Shown in pieces: positions 1-11,733 of a stretch of DNA of 64,000 nucleotides; position 1 is the stretch's first letter, and the number at the start of each line of letters is the position of its first letter. The stretch covers positions 62,001 to 126,000 of the forward strand of contig JAPETS010000012.1 in assembly GCA_026023565.1 (NCBI GenBank), written 5' to 3'. This stretch comes from Cirrosporium novae-zelandiae. Lineage: Eukaryota. The notes under the pieces are model-generated. The model saw nothing but the letters and a program-made list of their open reading frames with translations. It was not told the DNA's origin and did not search any database. The position numbers and the translations under genes are program-made.

Positions 1-419
1 ACATGTTGAAGGTAACCACCAGTATTGTAGAGATAGTGAATGAAATGAATAGAAGTTGGTATGGATATAAAGAAAGATGATAGGTTGGTTGAACTGCATG
101 TTTATTCGCTGTGGCCTGTGCACTTATCGATAACATTATGAAACGAGGCTGCAAAAGGCTGAAGGCAGAACTGCACCAACACCAACATATGAAAAGGCAT
201 CACAAGTTATTTGATCTTTTGAACGAGCGACTAATGATGCCTTGATCCGTCATTTTGTTCATTTTTTATTTTACCAGAAACATATACTATGATGAGACGA
301 TATCACCGTCTATTGTCTCTCTAAACTCTCCGACGAAAGCTATATCTTATTGGCTTGATATTTTCTCCCAACCTTCACTTCCTCCTCAATACCCTCTCAT
401 GCCACCATACCGCGCAACA

Positions 420-1883
420 ATGTCTCAACTTCTGGAAGGCGTTTTCGCCATCCATAAGCCTCCAGGCAATACCTCTGCTGAAATGATCCGCAAGCTGCAA
501 ACCCATTTTACGCGCTCCAACCTTTTTGCGCCGAACCTTGACGAGATCCGGGAAAAAATGGCTCGCGATAACCACAACCAGCGAAAACGCCGAAGGCAAA
601 AAGCACCACGTCTTAAGATTGGTCATGGGGGAACATTAGATCCCGATGCTACCGGGGTGCTGGCCATTGGCATTGGAAATGGTTGCAAAACTTTGAATCA
701 CTTCCTCTCTAGCACCAAATGCTACGAGGCAGTCGTATTGTTCGGAGCAGCCTCAGATACATATGATATTAGTGGAAGAGTTCTGAGTCGGGCAGATACA
801 TCGCATATTACCCGAAATGTCGTTGAAGAGGCATTGACTCAGTTCCGTGGGGAGATTATGCAAAGACCACCAATATTCTCTGCTCTTCATATTAATGGAA
901 AGCGGCTCTATGAATATGCTCGAGAGGCTGCAGCTGCAGGCCATGATTCTATCCCCGTTGATGTCCCTAAAAGATTGGTCAGGGTAGACAGTCTCGAACT
1001 GGTGGAGTGGTTGGAACCAGGCGCTCATCCTTATCAGATTCCAGCAGATGCCGATCAAGCTGATAGTTCGGAGCGAAGAATAGCAGAGAAAATGATGGAG
1101 GTCGCAGATGAGTCTGAGAAAATCCCAAACAGTAACGCCAATGATTCTAAAGAGAAGAATTCCACCGACCCTTCTATAAATTCCACCACAAATACTGACT
1201 CTACCACTCTACCAACCCCCCTCGAAGACTCCAAAATTTTACCCGCAAACAATGATCCTACACCTACGAATGGCTCTGTAATTGATGACTCTAATGTTGC
1301 CTCAGCCTCTCCCGCCGAAACCAGCTCGATAGCAGGCCACAAGCGTTCCCGCTCCGAAGATCAGGATCCTTTTTTCCGTGAAAAGCGTCGTCGTGAAGCA
1401 GATGCTGCAGATCGCTTTGTCCGTGAAACCGAAACAGCTCGTCGAATCAAAGTGCGAGATTCGGAACCACTCTACATGATGACCGGTGCTCTAATCCCTC
1501 CTTCACCTTCCCCTTCACCTTCAACTGACGGCATTAATACTATTTCAGCACCTGTTCCCGCAGCGAAGATTCGTATGACTGTATCCTCCGGCTTTTACGT
1601 TCGATCCTTGTGCCATGATTTGGGTAAGGCGGTTGGTAGCCTGGGGCTAATGGCTAATCTGGTAAGAACAAGGCAGGGGGAATTTGAGCTGGGGAAGAAT
1701 GTTTTAGAATGGGAGAATATCGAAAAGGGCGAGGAAGTGTGGGGACCGCTGGTTAGGGATATGCTTAAAGATTGGATGTGGAAGCAGGACCACGACAATG
1801 AGAGCGATGATGAAACGTTGGGCAAAGGCGAGACAGAAGATAAAGGGGAGTCATCTGGTGGGGAGAAGGTGAAGGAAGCGTAG
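420..1883 (+). CDS. PUS4: tRNA pseudouridine-55 synthase (TruB/Pus4 family), single exon; alternative ATG at 399
   Basis: Motifs GVFAIHKPPG, KIGHGGTLDPDATGVL, QRPPIFSALHINGKRLYEYAR, VSSGFYVRSLCHDLG and LVRTRQG are TruB-family signatures; the 255 start in the ORF track is a TTG. Confidence 0.93.
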   Translation: MSQLLEGVFAIHKPPGNTSAEMIRKLQTHFTRSNLFAPNLDEIREKMARDNHNQRKRRRQKAPRLKIGHGGTLDPDATGVLAIGIGNGCKTLNHFLSSTKCYEAVVLFGAASDTYDISGRVLSRADTSHITRNVVEEALTQFRGEIMQRPPIFSALHINGKRLYEYAREAAAAGHDSIPVDVPKRLVRVDSLELVEWLEPGAHPYQIPADADQADSSERRIAEKMMEVADESEKIPNSNANDSKEKNSTDPSINSTTNTDSTTLPTPLEDSKILPANNDPTPTNGSVIDDSNVASASPAETSSIAGHKRSRSEDQDPFFREKRRREADAADRFVRETETARRIKVRDSEPLYMMTGALIPPSPSPSPSTDGINTISAPVPAAKIRMTVSSGFYVRSLCHDLGKAVGSLGLMANLVRTRQGEFELGKNVLEWENIEKGEEVWGPLVRDMLKDWMWKQDHDNESDDETLGKGETEDKGESSGGEKVKEA

Positions 1884-3958
1884 CTATAGATCTCACAACA
1901 CCTAGTGAGATTTATACTCTTAATAACTTTTCAAGTTTACTAGGAAATCCAAAGGCTCTATAATCCCGTAAGTCTGTTGAACAATCTTGGAACTACATCT
2001 TATTTCTAAGGTAATCAAGGTAGATGAGCTTATCTAATCTATTATCTTATCAGAGAATCTTGTGCCAAGAGAAAACGATACCATTTTAAGTGACCCGTAT
2101 ACTTTGTTAATATCACTAAAATTTCCCAACGACTATAGATAGGCTCAAACGAACTATTAGGCGACAAAATTCACTATTCTTCATACGCCGCCTCATATCT
2201 TACTGATATGGATATGCGTTCGCTGATATAAACATGCATCAATGCCTAGTTGCTTCGGGGAGACCGAAAGATGCTATCACGTTTGATACAGAAAGCGTCG
2301 TAACTATGACTCCAAAGAACTAGCTAGGTATTCATGAAAGTGAATCATTGTGCTAGGAGATTTCATAAAAGAAGAGCATTCCCCCGGAGGTGATTTTAAT
2401 ATTGTTCTTTTTCTAATCATCCAGCTTTTTCTTCCCAAGTGCCAACCAACTCCTATTCAGCCATGGCATTATATATGCACATGAGTATACCTCAATAGTC
2501 ATCCCATGTACCCCTGAATATTCTTGAGAGTTATATTAATCATCTTCCATTACTTCTAATTTCTGTCTAATGCTTCTGTGGTGTTTATATTTCTTTGGTT
2601 GCTTAGTTCCCTATTTAACCCCTGCTAAAGAGCGGCTTGTGGACATAAAATAGTGAATTATCATCATCAACCCTTCCTAAGGGGTCGCCATTAGACAGTC
2701 TCGGCGTTGAGGGGTAAAATAATTTGGTATTGTCTTACTGTCTTACTATTTTGCTTAGTCGTCGCCGAGGTTAAATACTGCTTTTGTGAATATCTCTTCT
2801 CTCAGCAATTAATTATATCCAGCTTGCTTACTTTCAGTTCTGTCCTGCAGCTGGTCTATCTGCTCACCCCGTTTGTATGCAGCTTTTTACTCACTAGATC
2901 TATTCATCACCTTGTTTTCCTCTTTTACTCCTGCTGATAAAAATCCTTGATACTGAATACTCAGATACTAGTTACGGTACATCCTGAAGCTCACATTCAC
3001 TTCTCAAAGAGGTTCTCTAGGCTTTACAACAGCTAGCTCTTAAATTTCTTTTCTGTGCAGCGGAATACAAAATGTTTAGCTTGACCAAAGCAGAAATCGC
3101 TCTTGAACACGACCACATGACATCTTCTCACAGAAATTTCAACTTCCTGTGAAGTTTGGCCATCCTTATCATCAAACCAAAGCTTTGTCAACCTGCAGCA
3201 TTAGCTGTCAAACAATAAAGGTTAACAAACAGCAGCACAGTATCTGGGGCTGTCAAGCTACTTTTACTATCCCTAACAACAAGTTCAAAGGGCCTTAATC
3301 TCTTGGAACGTCCCTTGTCTGGCTGGGCTGACAACATGCCCTAAAATCGCCACAAATTACCTACAAGACTGAAATTCCTACATCTCCCTCGCTTCGGTTC
3401 TCTACTATAAAATAAACCATGGCAGTATATATTCCTCTTTCAGAATTTATTATATATTTCCCACGACTCTCCTGGCCCTCTTCTAATGATATGGGTCCAG
3501 AATACACGTACTACGAGTTAAAATCTCTTCTTAGTGAGTACCACTCAAGGAATTCAAGTTATAAGCTAATTATTTCCAGCGTCCCGAATAGATCCCCTAC
3601 CTGATTGGCATGTGAATCGGCCAAGATATGGTCTTCGAGAGGGAATAGAAGAGGCCAACCGGCGACGCCTGCACCGCTTAGCAAGGGAGCACAGCTCAGA
3701 GACCACATCCCATTTCCACACACACCCATACAAACTAAAGCGGTGAAGTGATGCTTCAGTACATAAACAATAACCAACAACAAAGCCGATCAAGGACAGA
3801 CAATTTATCCTTCATGGATTACAGGGGCTCTTCCTCCCACTATCATCCTTCCCCCAACGCTCGGGCTGCGATTTATACCTATCAAGTACTTTAGGCGGAC
3901 TGGGTAGTCCGTATGATGAGGTCACCACTCAAATCGTGTCTCCTCAGCAGACATGAAT

Positions 3959-4149
3959 CGCTATACATAGGGCTTGTTGGATCACTAGCATATAATATGC
4001 AGTGTCAGTAAATTGGAGGTACTTGCTTTTACACCCATGCCTTGAATATAGTCCAGAGTGTCGGTCAATCTCACCAGATCACCCCTATGTCTTAGCTGGT
4101 TACTCATTACATCGTGCTTGAAGACTGTTCTATTGGCATCGTCATTTGA
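3959..4149 (-). pseudogene. Short degraded fragment of an alpha-1,3-glucan synthase (Ags1/Mok) N-terminal amylase-like domain
   Basis: SNDDANRTVFKHDVMSNQLRHRGDLVRLTDTLDYIQGMGVK, then a GCAAGT..AAG intron-like gap, then ALCIA. This matches the recalled Ags1 motif N.DANGT.FEHD..SNQ.RHGGD..GL.DTLDY.QGMG.K(A/G).Y.AG with G>R/E>K changes; flanks are unrelated. Confidence 0.75.
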
Positions 4150-5589
4150 CGAATCTCTCGAAGCCTGCAAGAGTGTATTAATCTTGAACACCTCTACATT
4201 TCGAGCAACCATCACTTATATTCGATGTTCAAAATCCGACAACTCCAATCTCATCCCTTGGTAATCCCGATTCGGGATTAAGGCTGTGGTCCGAATAACC
4301 GTTTGACCACATCTTGATATTGTATACGCTATATCCCCAGGGAACAACCTGAAATCCAAGGAATCCAAGCTCGTAAACTCCTTGGTCAAAAATTCGCATC
4401 CAAAGATGGGAAAGGCGTCTTCATTATCGTTTGACAAAATCTCACTAGCAACTCTTCCTCGGTTTTTAGCTGCCCTAGCGAAAATACTTTTTTCACCCAG
4501 ATTGAAGGTATATATATTTCATTGGAGACGAGCAGCCAGGGCCTATTGTCAGAAGTGGCAGGTTTGGACTTAATAAGTTCAGCACCCAGCTAAACATGGA
4601 GGCTCTAGATGGGTTTATCATGACGGGTTTTCATATTCTTCAGGAGGCACAGAAGAGCTATTCATATTTAACTACCAACCTCACTTTCCGAATAACATAC
4701 TATCTGAACACGTCTACCATCCACCAAACATGGCTAGTCGATTAAAGAAACGCAAAAGATCGTCTCCTTCGAAACAAATACCGGGAAAGCGAACTAGAAA
4801 CAGAGACTGACATGATCACTGACACTAACGTACAAAATGATATTAACCCGAAAAATGAAGCAGAGACACAAGTCGATGCCAATAACGAAATTTGTGTTAC
4901 TGAGGATACACCTATATTCGATGGAGACGATCTTGACACATCACTTCCACCGTCCTAGGGGAAACGGGAAACGGGAAATGGATTTAGTTCTAGGCACAAT
5001 GCTCAAAATGTTAAGGTATAAACCCTGACCACCAATTCATCAGATGCATTGCACAACACAAAATGCCTATGCGAGGACGGTTCGAATGCTCTCATGTCAC
5101 GCGTGTTACCAGAAACGAAAAAGGGGGAAATAACAACGGGTGGCTTCCAAGTTACGATAGAGACCTACAACTTTACTACTTCTTAAACATTTCTCTTTAT
5201 ATCGATTATTTCAAAGAGAAGCAAATATATATCCAGATTGACCTCCGAAAAAGGGCCAACAACAAACAAGGAACCACACACTCTCATTGAATTGGCGACC
5301 TGTTACGGCCACTAGGGCCATAACGCTAGAGTTCCAACTCTACGTGATTCATGTGCCACACCCCTAGATGGAGACCCTCAGCGGAGCTTTTCTTTGCTCG
5401 ACAATCAACAGCAGTACCACCAATCAGTCAGACCCTTAGCTAGGAGCCTCGTACACGACCCCTTTCATGAAAATGAATTACGGAGGGAGCATGCAATCAA
5501 CCCAGAAAGACAAGGAACCATTCAAACGCTGTTTTTGATTATATATATATAAGAAGCAAATAGTCAGGTGGTTATTACTATCGTTACTT

Positions 5590-8080
5590 GTGGTTAGTGT
5601 ATGCTATCAAATCGATAGAGAGCGGCATTGTACCTTATATTGATTATCTTTACGTTGAATACGAAAGATTGCACAACACACGCATATGCCATCCATTACC
5701 CATTACTAAAGGAGCCTGAGGGGAAACGATATACGTCCTCCTATCCTAAGGGGGGACGGGGGGGCAGATGACTCCGCCATCCCTTCATACTCAAGAATGC
5801 ACTGATGTATGAAGAATTCTTAGCACAACACATATAAACAAAAAACCCCTTCTTAATGGGCAAAGCATTTTGAAAAATCACTGATCTATAACACTATTCA
5901 CCAAAAAAAATCCCTTCCCCAAAAAGGAATATAAAGAATGGCTTAATCAAGGACCTATTCCATGCACCAAAAAAAATCACCCTTTTCCATCCAAAATAAG
6001 AATTTAACTCACGCATTCACGCTGCCATCAGATTCAATCATCAATCATCAATCATCAACCCCTTCTCTCTAGAGAAAACAAACACCAAACAATACAACCA
6101 CCCCTATTTCATTAAAGAGATCAAAGATACTATTACAATTCCCTATCAAGTTAGACTTCTAAGGCAAATGCCTTAAGGCCACCTTAGATTTTAGATCCCT
6201 CAGTCAAACAATAATACACACACCAGTTACACACCCACCCTATAATTAGGGTCTTCGTAACAAAGTGTTAGCACATGACTCAAGCAAAAATCAGACAAGA
6301 CAAACTTCCCATCACCAAAATCTTATTGATTTTATTGTACCAGAAAATTTCGTTTTCACCACCTGTTTTCGCCTCTTTAGAGGGCTCGCTCCTCTCCTTT
6401 CCTCTTCCTTGTCTAGAGTGGTATATCTGTTCCCCCTATTCTTCCCCTTTCTCCCCCTCTTTGCTCTAAATACTCTCGTGTGTTCCTGTACGCGGAAAAA
6501 GACCTAAAAGGGGTGCTCCAACCATAAAAGGCGGCCTGCCTGCCTGCCTGCCTATCCAAATATCCACACAATGACACGGTACACGGTATGGGAGGAACCA
6601 TTCCAGACCCACAGTACCACATTCTCCAAATTTCCACATGCGAAAACACACACAAAACAAACTATATATACGTTAGGAGTAGTCGGAGAGAAGGAATGAA
6701 TGAATCATTGGTTTCATTTCGGATGAATAAATTTATTTACTTTCTGATTTTCATGGGGGTTTGGAGGGAGTTGGAGGTAGGATGTGCCAAGAAGAGAGGA
6801 GAGGAAGGGAAGGAAAAGAGGAAAGGGGCGGATGGGTTTGTGGTGTGTGTGTGTGTGTGTGTGTTTGTGTTGGTTGGAAAGAAAGACTTTGAAGTTCTGA
6901 TTAATTAACCAACCAACTAGCTAGATATTTTGGCTGAAGCACTGAAGAATTGGACTGAAGGGTTGGGGAGCTGGGGGGGGGAATAGAAAGATGGATAAAT
7001 GTGGAGGAAGGAATGGAAGGGAATCACCGGATGTATAGACTATATATTTCAAACATATATAGAAATTTTTCATTCTATTCGGAGCTTGGGTTTGAGTCTG
7101 AGTTTGAGTTTGAGTTCGAGTTCGAGTTCGAGTTTGTATAGTGTCCTATATCTATATCTATGTGTGAATAAGGAATAAGGAAAGAAGATGAGATAAGAAT
7201 CGTGGTTTTGATCTTTGGTTAATAATCGACACTGGACCTTTGACTTTGATTACTGCTACTAAGAAAAAGAAGAAAGAAAGAAAGAAAGAAAGAAGGGAGG
7301 TGGGAGTTGGAGTTAATCACACATATTCGTTACCTTAGAAGAACAACAACAACAATAACAAGGGGAAACGTGAAAGTGGGAAGCAGTCCTATACCTTCTC
7401 CTATACCTCCACCCTCCCTAATAGTTATAATTCAATAAGAGGAACCAGACTAGATTAACCGACCTTTTGTTTTAGTTTTAGGTATTGTTTTTTTTGGCGG
7501 GGGAGGAAGCAAGAGAAGTTTGTGATTAAATTACTTAATATTACACACTTATCTGTTTACCCTATCTATTATTTCCTGACCTATTTACTTTGTACTCTTA
7601 AAGATCTAAGAATGGATCTAAAATCCAGTACCTCCCTTTTTCCCCCGCACCTTTTTCTTCCACTTATTTCCCCCCCCCTTTACCCCTTCCATCATTCATT
7701 TATTCATCCATTTATCTATTTACTTATATACATACATACATACATATATCTATCCCATATGCTCTACTTTATACCCTTCTACTATTTAGATATATAACAA
7801 TTGATATTACTACTTTGGATCTTAGATACCCCAACTCTCTCTCCCCCCTCCTCTTCCACCCCTGAGAGAAGCAGGGGGGGGGGGGGGTTGGGATGGGAAT
7901 GAGAGTGGGAAATAGGAATAGAAATAAAATTTGGTGTGTTACTTGTGTGGTCTTAGAGGTCGATACGATAGAGGGGCAAAAAAGGGGGGAAAGGTAAAGA
8001 AAGAGAAAGGAAAAAAGGGGGGTGAAGGGGGTGAAATGATAGAAGGAGGAATGGAAAAGGGGGATGAGGGAGTAGGAGGA
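5590..8080 (-). ncRNA. Putative long structured non-coding RNA (family unknown; ends approximate)
   Basis: No credible ORF; nested long-range complementarity between 6050-6330 and 7430-7960 with G-U pairs on the minus strand; local hairpins; TATA box at 8099-8105; candidate intron ~7332-6663. See findings. Confidence 0.55.
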
Positions 8081-8098
8081 GGTATAAGTTTTTTTTTT

Positions 8099-8130
8099 TT
8101 TTATAGGGGTTTATAGGGGTTTGTAGGGGT
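8099..8130 (-). promoter_or_regulatory. TATA box(es) in 10-bp tandem repeats, followed by a pyrimidine-rich initiation-like tract
   Basis: Minus strand reads ...AAACCCCTACAAACCCCTATAAACCCCTATAAAA... then a CT-rich tract (8080-7970), typical of fungal Pol II core promoters. Confidence 0.45.
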
Positions 8131-8187
8131 TTGTGGTTTTGTCATGTGCTTTTTTGCTGTAGATAGATGCTTAGTCGGTGGGTGGCT

Positions 8188-8218
<31 letters not shown>
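8188..8218. repeat. (GTA)n microsatellite; further simple repeats (GT)n ~6844-6863 and (AAAG)n ~7270-7293
   Basis: Directly visible tandem repeats. Confidence 0.9.
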
Positions 8219-9630
8219 GTATGGCATTATCTCGATGGTTAGATACAGTGCCTAGTGTACCTAATCAATCCAACTTCAACATTTGGCTATATCAATTGTT
8301 TCAATTATCCGCTAAACAGAAGAAAAAAAGAAATTCTTTTACTGTACATCTTATCTTTCTTTCAAACTCTATCTAGCTAGGTAGGTAGGTGATTTGGAAT
8401 AAAGCCTCTGGTTTTTTTTTTGGATGGTGGAGGGTCTCTAAGTTATATATATCCCAAACACTGATCCCGTAACCCGCTCAAGTAACGGATATGGATATAG
8501 ATATGGATATGGATATCCCTACGTCTGAGTTTTTTGGGAGGGGCTCTAGTTACCTAGTTACCTAGGTATAGGAGCGTTGGTTAACAGGTTTAACCTTGCC
8601 TTTCTAATTAACATTGTTGTAATGTAATGATTGTGGAAATGGAAAGGATATGATTGTTATAGAGTAGAGGCGTTGGGATTCTTGGTTGGTGTAGGTGTAG
8701 GGAGTATGGGTGGATTCGTTGGTTGGTGAGCCTTGAGAGTGGTGGTAATATTGGATTGGATCTGATATGATTTTCCATATTTGCATCTCTTTCGTGGATT
8801 ATTCGGGAGAGGGGGGGGTGTATGAAATGTTGATGATTATAGCAAGGTCAAGGTAACTACGTTACTACTTGCCATCATCCAAAATTCTGTGAGGTCTTGG
8901 AGAGATGGAGATGGTGATAATGAGCCCTATGTTCTGTGAGTTGTTTCTTTGATTGATTAAATTAAATAGCTGTAAGGGGGGGAGGAAATGTTGGAACGAA
9001 TAAAGTAAGACGTCTGGAAATGGAATTGTTGAAGGTAGAAGCTGGGTATATAGAAGTGAAGCACGTAGGCATCCTAAGTGGTTAGCTGGTGGGTTAGTGC
9101 CTAGGGTTTTGCAGCAAGAAAGTTGAGGTTATAGGAAGTTTGGAGGTTATAACCTTAGGAAGGTCGTCTTTGTTGGAAGAAAAATCGTATAGTACAAGGC
9201 GTATGTGATGATGGGCTCAATGTTAGAAGAAGGTGTTCGCACAAGGTAGAAAGAGGGAGGCCTCCAGCGGAGAAGCATTTTTACTACCCTAACACTTGTT
9301 GATATTTGAAATTGAGGGGTTGTGTTTATTTATCGTAGAGGCGCATAGCAACGGAGCATTTTCTTTCAATTCTTGATAGGATTTGTGATGGGCTAAGAAC
9401 GTGTCTCGAGCATCCATTGATTCTTGATAGTACACTGTTGTCATAAACAATTATTTTCTGTTACCCACAATACCTCTTTGTCTTCATCGACATCTCGTCA
9501 CCTTTGTACTCGAGGTCTCTTGCAATCATTGAACTCTAATCTTCAAAACCTCACCGGGTAACATATCCACACATACATTTATTCTTACCAGCCGAGTTAA
9601 GACCTCACCTCAACTCCAATTGGAGAAACC

Positions 9631-10000
9631 ATGTCCACCCAACTTTGGCCCAGCATCCGTGCTCCTCGAGTCCTCCAAGATTCCCCTCCCGCTCACCTTT
9701 CGCTCTTCCTCCTTCGAACGGTAAAATGTTCCTTTCTCGTGCTGGTGAAGATCTTACATGAAATCTTTCCGGAGACGTTTCCCGACTATGAAGAGTTGGA
9801 TGATTGGACACCATATTTTGATAGTTTGAGAAGTGATATTGAGTGGAATAATCAGAATAGGCCGTGGGTAGAACCGAGTGGTAAGCGAAGTCGGTGATCC
9901 CAATAAGGATGGAAAGCTGATGTAATGGGCAGAGAGATCAATTTTGAGGTATCCGTGGTCGTGGGATCTTCTTGATATGATTGGAGAGGAGTTTTCTTGA
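9631..10000 (+). CDS. Hypothetical 105-aa protein, 2 exons (9631-9880, 9933-10000)
   Basis: ATG in ACCATG context; intron GTAAGC..GCTGAT..CAG (9881-9932) restores the frame to ...PSERSILRYPWSWDLLDMIGEEFS*. No family recognised. Confidence 0.45.
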
Positions 10001-10820
10001 AGGGTGGGGGTTGGGCCGATACGCTGTAAAAGTATTCACTCTAGATTTGACATGGAGAGTCGTGGACCTGGCATCTAGAATTCCTCCTATCTCTCAAGAT
10101 TAGAGATTGTTTGCTATAGTGAACATCTGTACGAAAGATAGTCGAGATAAGAGAAAAGGATAGCAGGAGTGTAATAAGAAGATAGCAGCAGCCAAGATAT
10201 TGAAATGAAAGAAAAGACGCCAAATAAAGTTTTAACATTAATATCCATGCTAATCTAGAGGGCTGAAGAATTGTAGACTACAACAGCAAGCTGATCATCT
10301 TGTCATACTCGAGCAGTCGGTATTCTGAATTGCATATTTGCTCATTAAGCCATCGGTCTTTGAATCCCAGTATTGGATGATTACTGCTAGGTAGGCGAAG
10401 GAGGGGTTTTGAGAACCTGAAATTGCTAGCTATGCGTCGCACAACCTCAATACACATGAGACAGTCACACAAACACCAATAAAGTCTCGTGTGTCAAAGC
10501 ATGGAATTCCATGCTATGTTTCGTCAAATACCACAACAATTCCGGTTTGATTAAGCATTGGGCCAGTGGGCCGAATAGACTTGACAAGTATCGAAAAAAA
10601 AATATGCTGATAAGGCTTCATGACACGCGTCGCAAAGTATTCGAATGATCATGTTAAGACGACTATTATCGCTCTGCGATATCGGTGAACTGAAAAAAGG
10701 ATTGGTCGGCGAATATCAAATTGAATTTCACGACAGCTTTGAAATTCAGGTGTTGAGGCTTGGCTGGACATGGTGTTCCTTCGACCCCACTCAAGGGTTG
10801 TACTGCAGCTCGAGGCAGAC

Positions 10821-10991
10821 TCAAAGACTCTTCTTATCTTTCGTCGCTGAATTACTCTCCTCTTCGTCTGCAGGAATCAAAGTATATGCCATGAAGAGAA
10901 GAGCGATGGTAACAACGATAAGAAGGGTCCAGAGGTAGATTTCTGGTAAATCCCGAATGAATTTAGCATATGCAGGTAATATTTCGTCCAT
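10821..10991 (-). CDS. 56-aa single-pass membrane microprotein (hypothetical)
   Basis: MDEILPAYAKFIRDLPEIYLWTLLIVVTIALLFMAYTLIPADEEESNSATKDKKSL*; one clean ~20-aa hydrophobic segment then a charged tail; GTCATG start context; below the ORF-track cutoff. Confidence 0.45.
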   Translation of the reverse strand: MDEILPAYAKFIRDLPEIYLWTLLIVVTIALLFMAYTLIPADEEESNSATKDKKSL

Positions 10992-11733
10992 GACAATGAT
11001 GCAAAAACAATAAGAACTAGACTAATGATGTGTTTCAGATTCTTTTGGATTCAATGGACATGTACAGAGGTATGATAGGATTGGTCGCTAAATATATTCA
11101 AAGAATTCGTCAGAATTTTGTTGCTAAATTGTTTTTGCGGCTGTGAGACGCCTAGCGCCAAATCCTTGGCTTTGACATCTTGTTATACCTCGAGTATTGT
11201 AGAAGAAGCTGTCAATGTACAATCCCGCTCTCAGGCATCATGGTACGCCAATCTCATGTATCTCACACCTTTAACCTTTTCCATTTTCCACCATTCATAC
11301 AATTAATCATCCAGTAGAGTACACCGCATCCGCCATGGCTTCTATTAATTTTCGTTTCGTCTATCTGAGATGATTGCCACATCCGCGTGTTCTCCACATC
11401 CAACTCATATTGGTTGGTTCCTCCTTTGAGCCTCTAGGCTTGATCTTCAACCAGCTGCCCAAGGGATGATATCAGCCGGTCTGCCCATTAAGGAAGAATG
11501 GCTGTGCTGGGGTAGCGATGAAGACTTTTGTATCTATTCTTTATGATAAGGCTTGTACTGTTATATTTTTGGGCTATTAATCCACTTTGTGGAATATGTA
11601 TAAATTCATTTGGTTCCCCTTCAACTGTGTTTCCCAGCAATCTCTCAAGTTTCAAGAATATATTCAATCTTCTCGGGTTCCTCTACTTTATAGGTATCTA
11701 CAGATATCTCAGTTGGTTACACTCCTCATAACC

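Noticed and set aside
6237..6255. GACCCTAA on the minus strand as a telomerase RNA template
   Set aside because: It lacks the ~1.5-repeat TAACCCTAA needed for TTAGGG synthesis and is sequestered in a local hairpin; no pseudoknot could be identified, so the ncRNA is not called TER.
6560..6623. Plus-strand hairpin followed by ACA, as an H/ACA snoRNA
   Set aside because: No 5' hairpin or two-sided pseudouridylation pocket, and wobble pairs favour the minus strand.
6620..6640. GTGGAAATTTGGAG resembling fungal RNase P CR-I (GGGAAATTCGGTG)
   Set aside because: No convincing CR-V partner to form P4 downstream.
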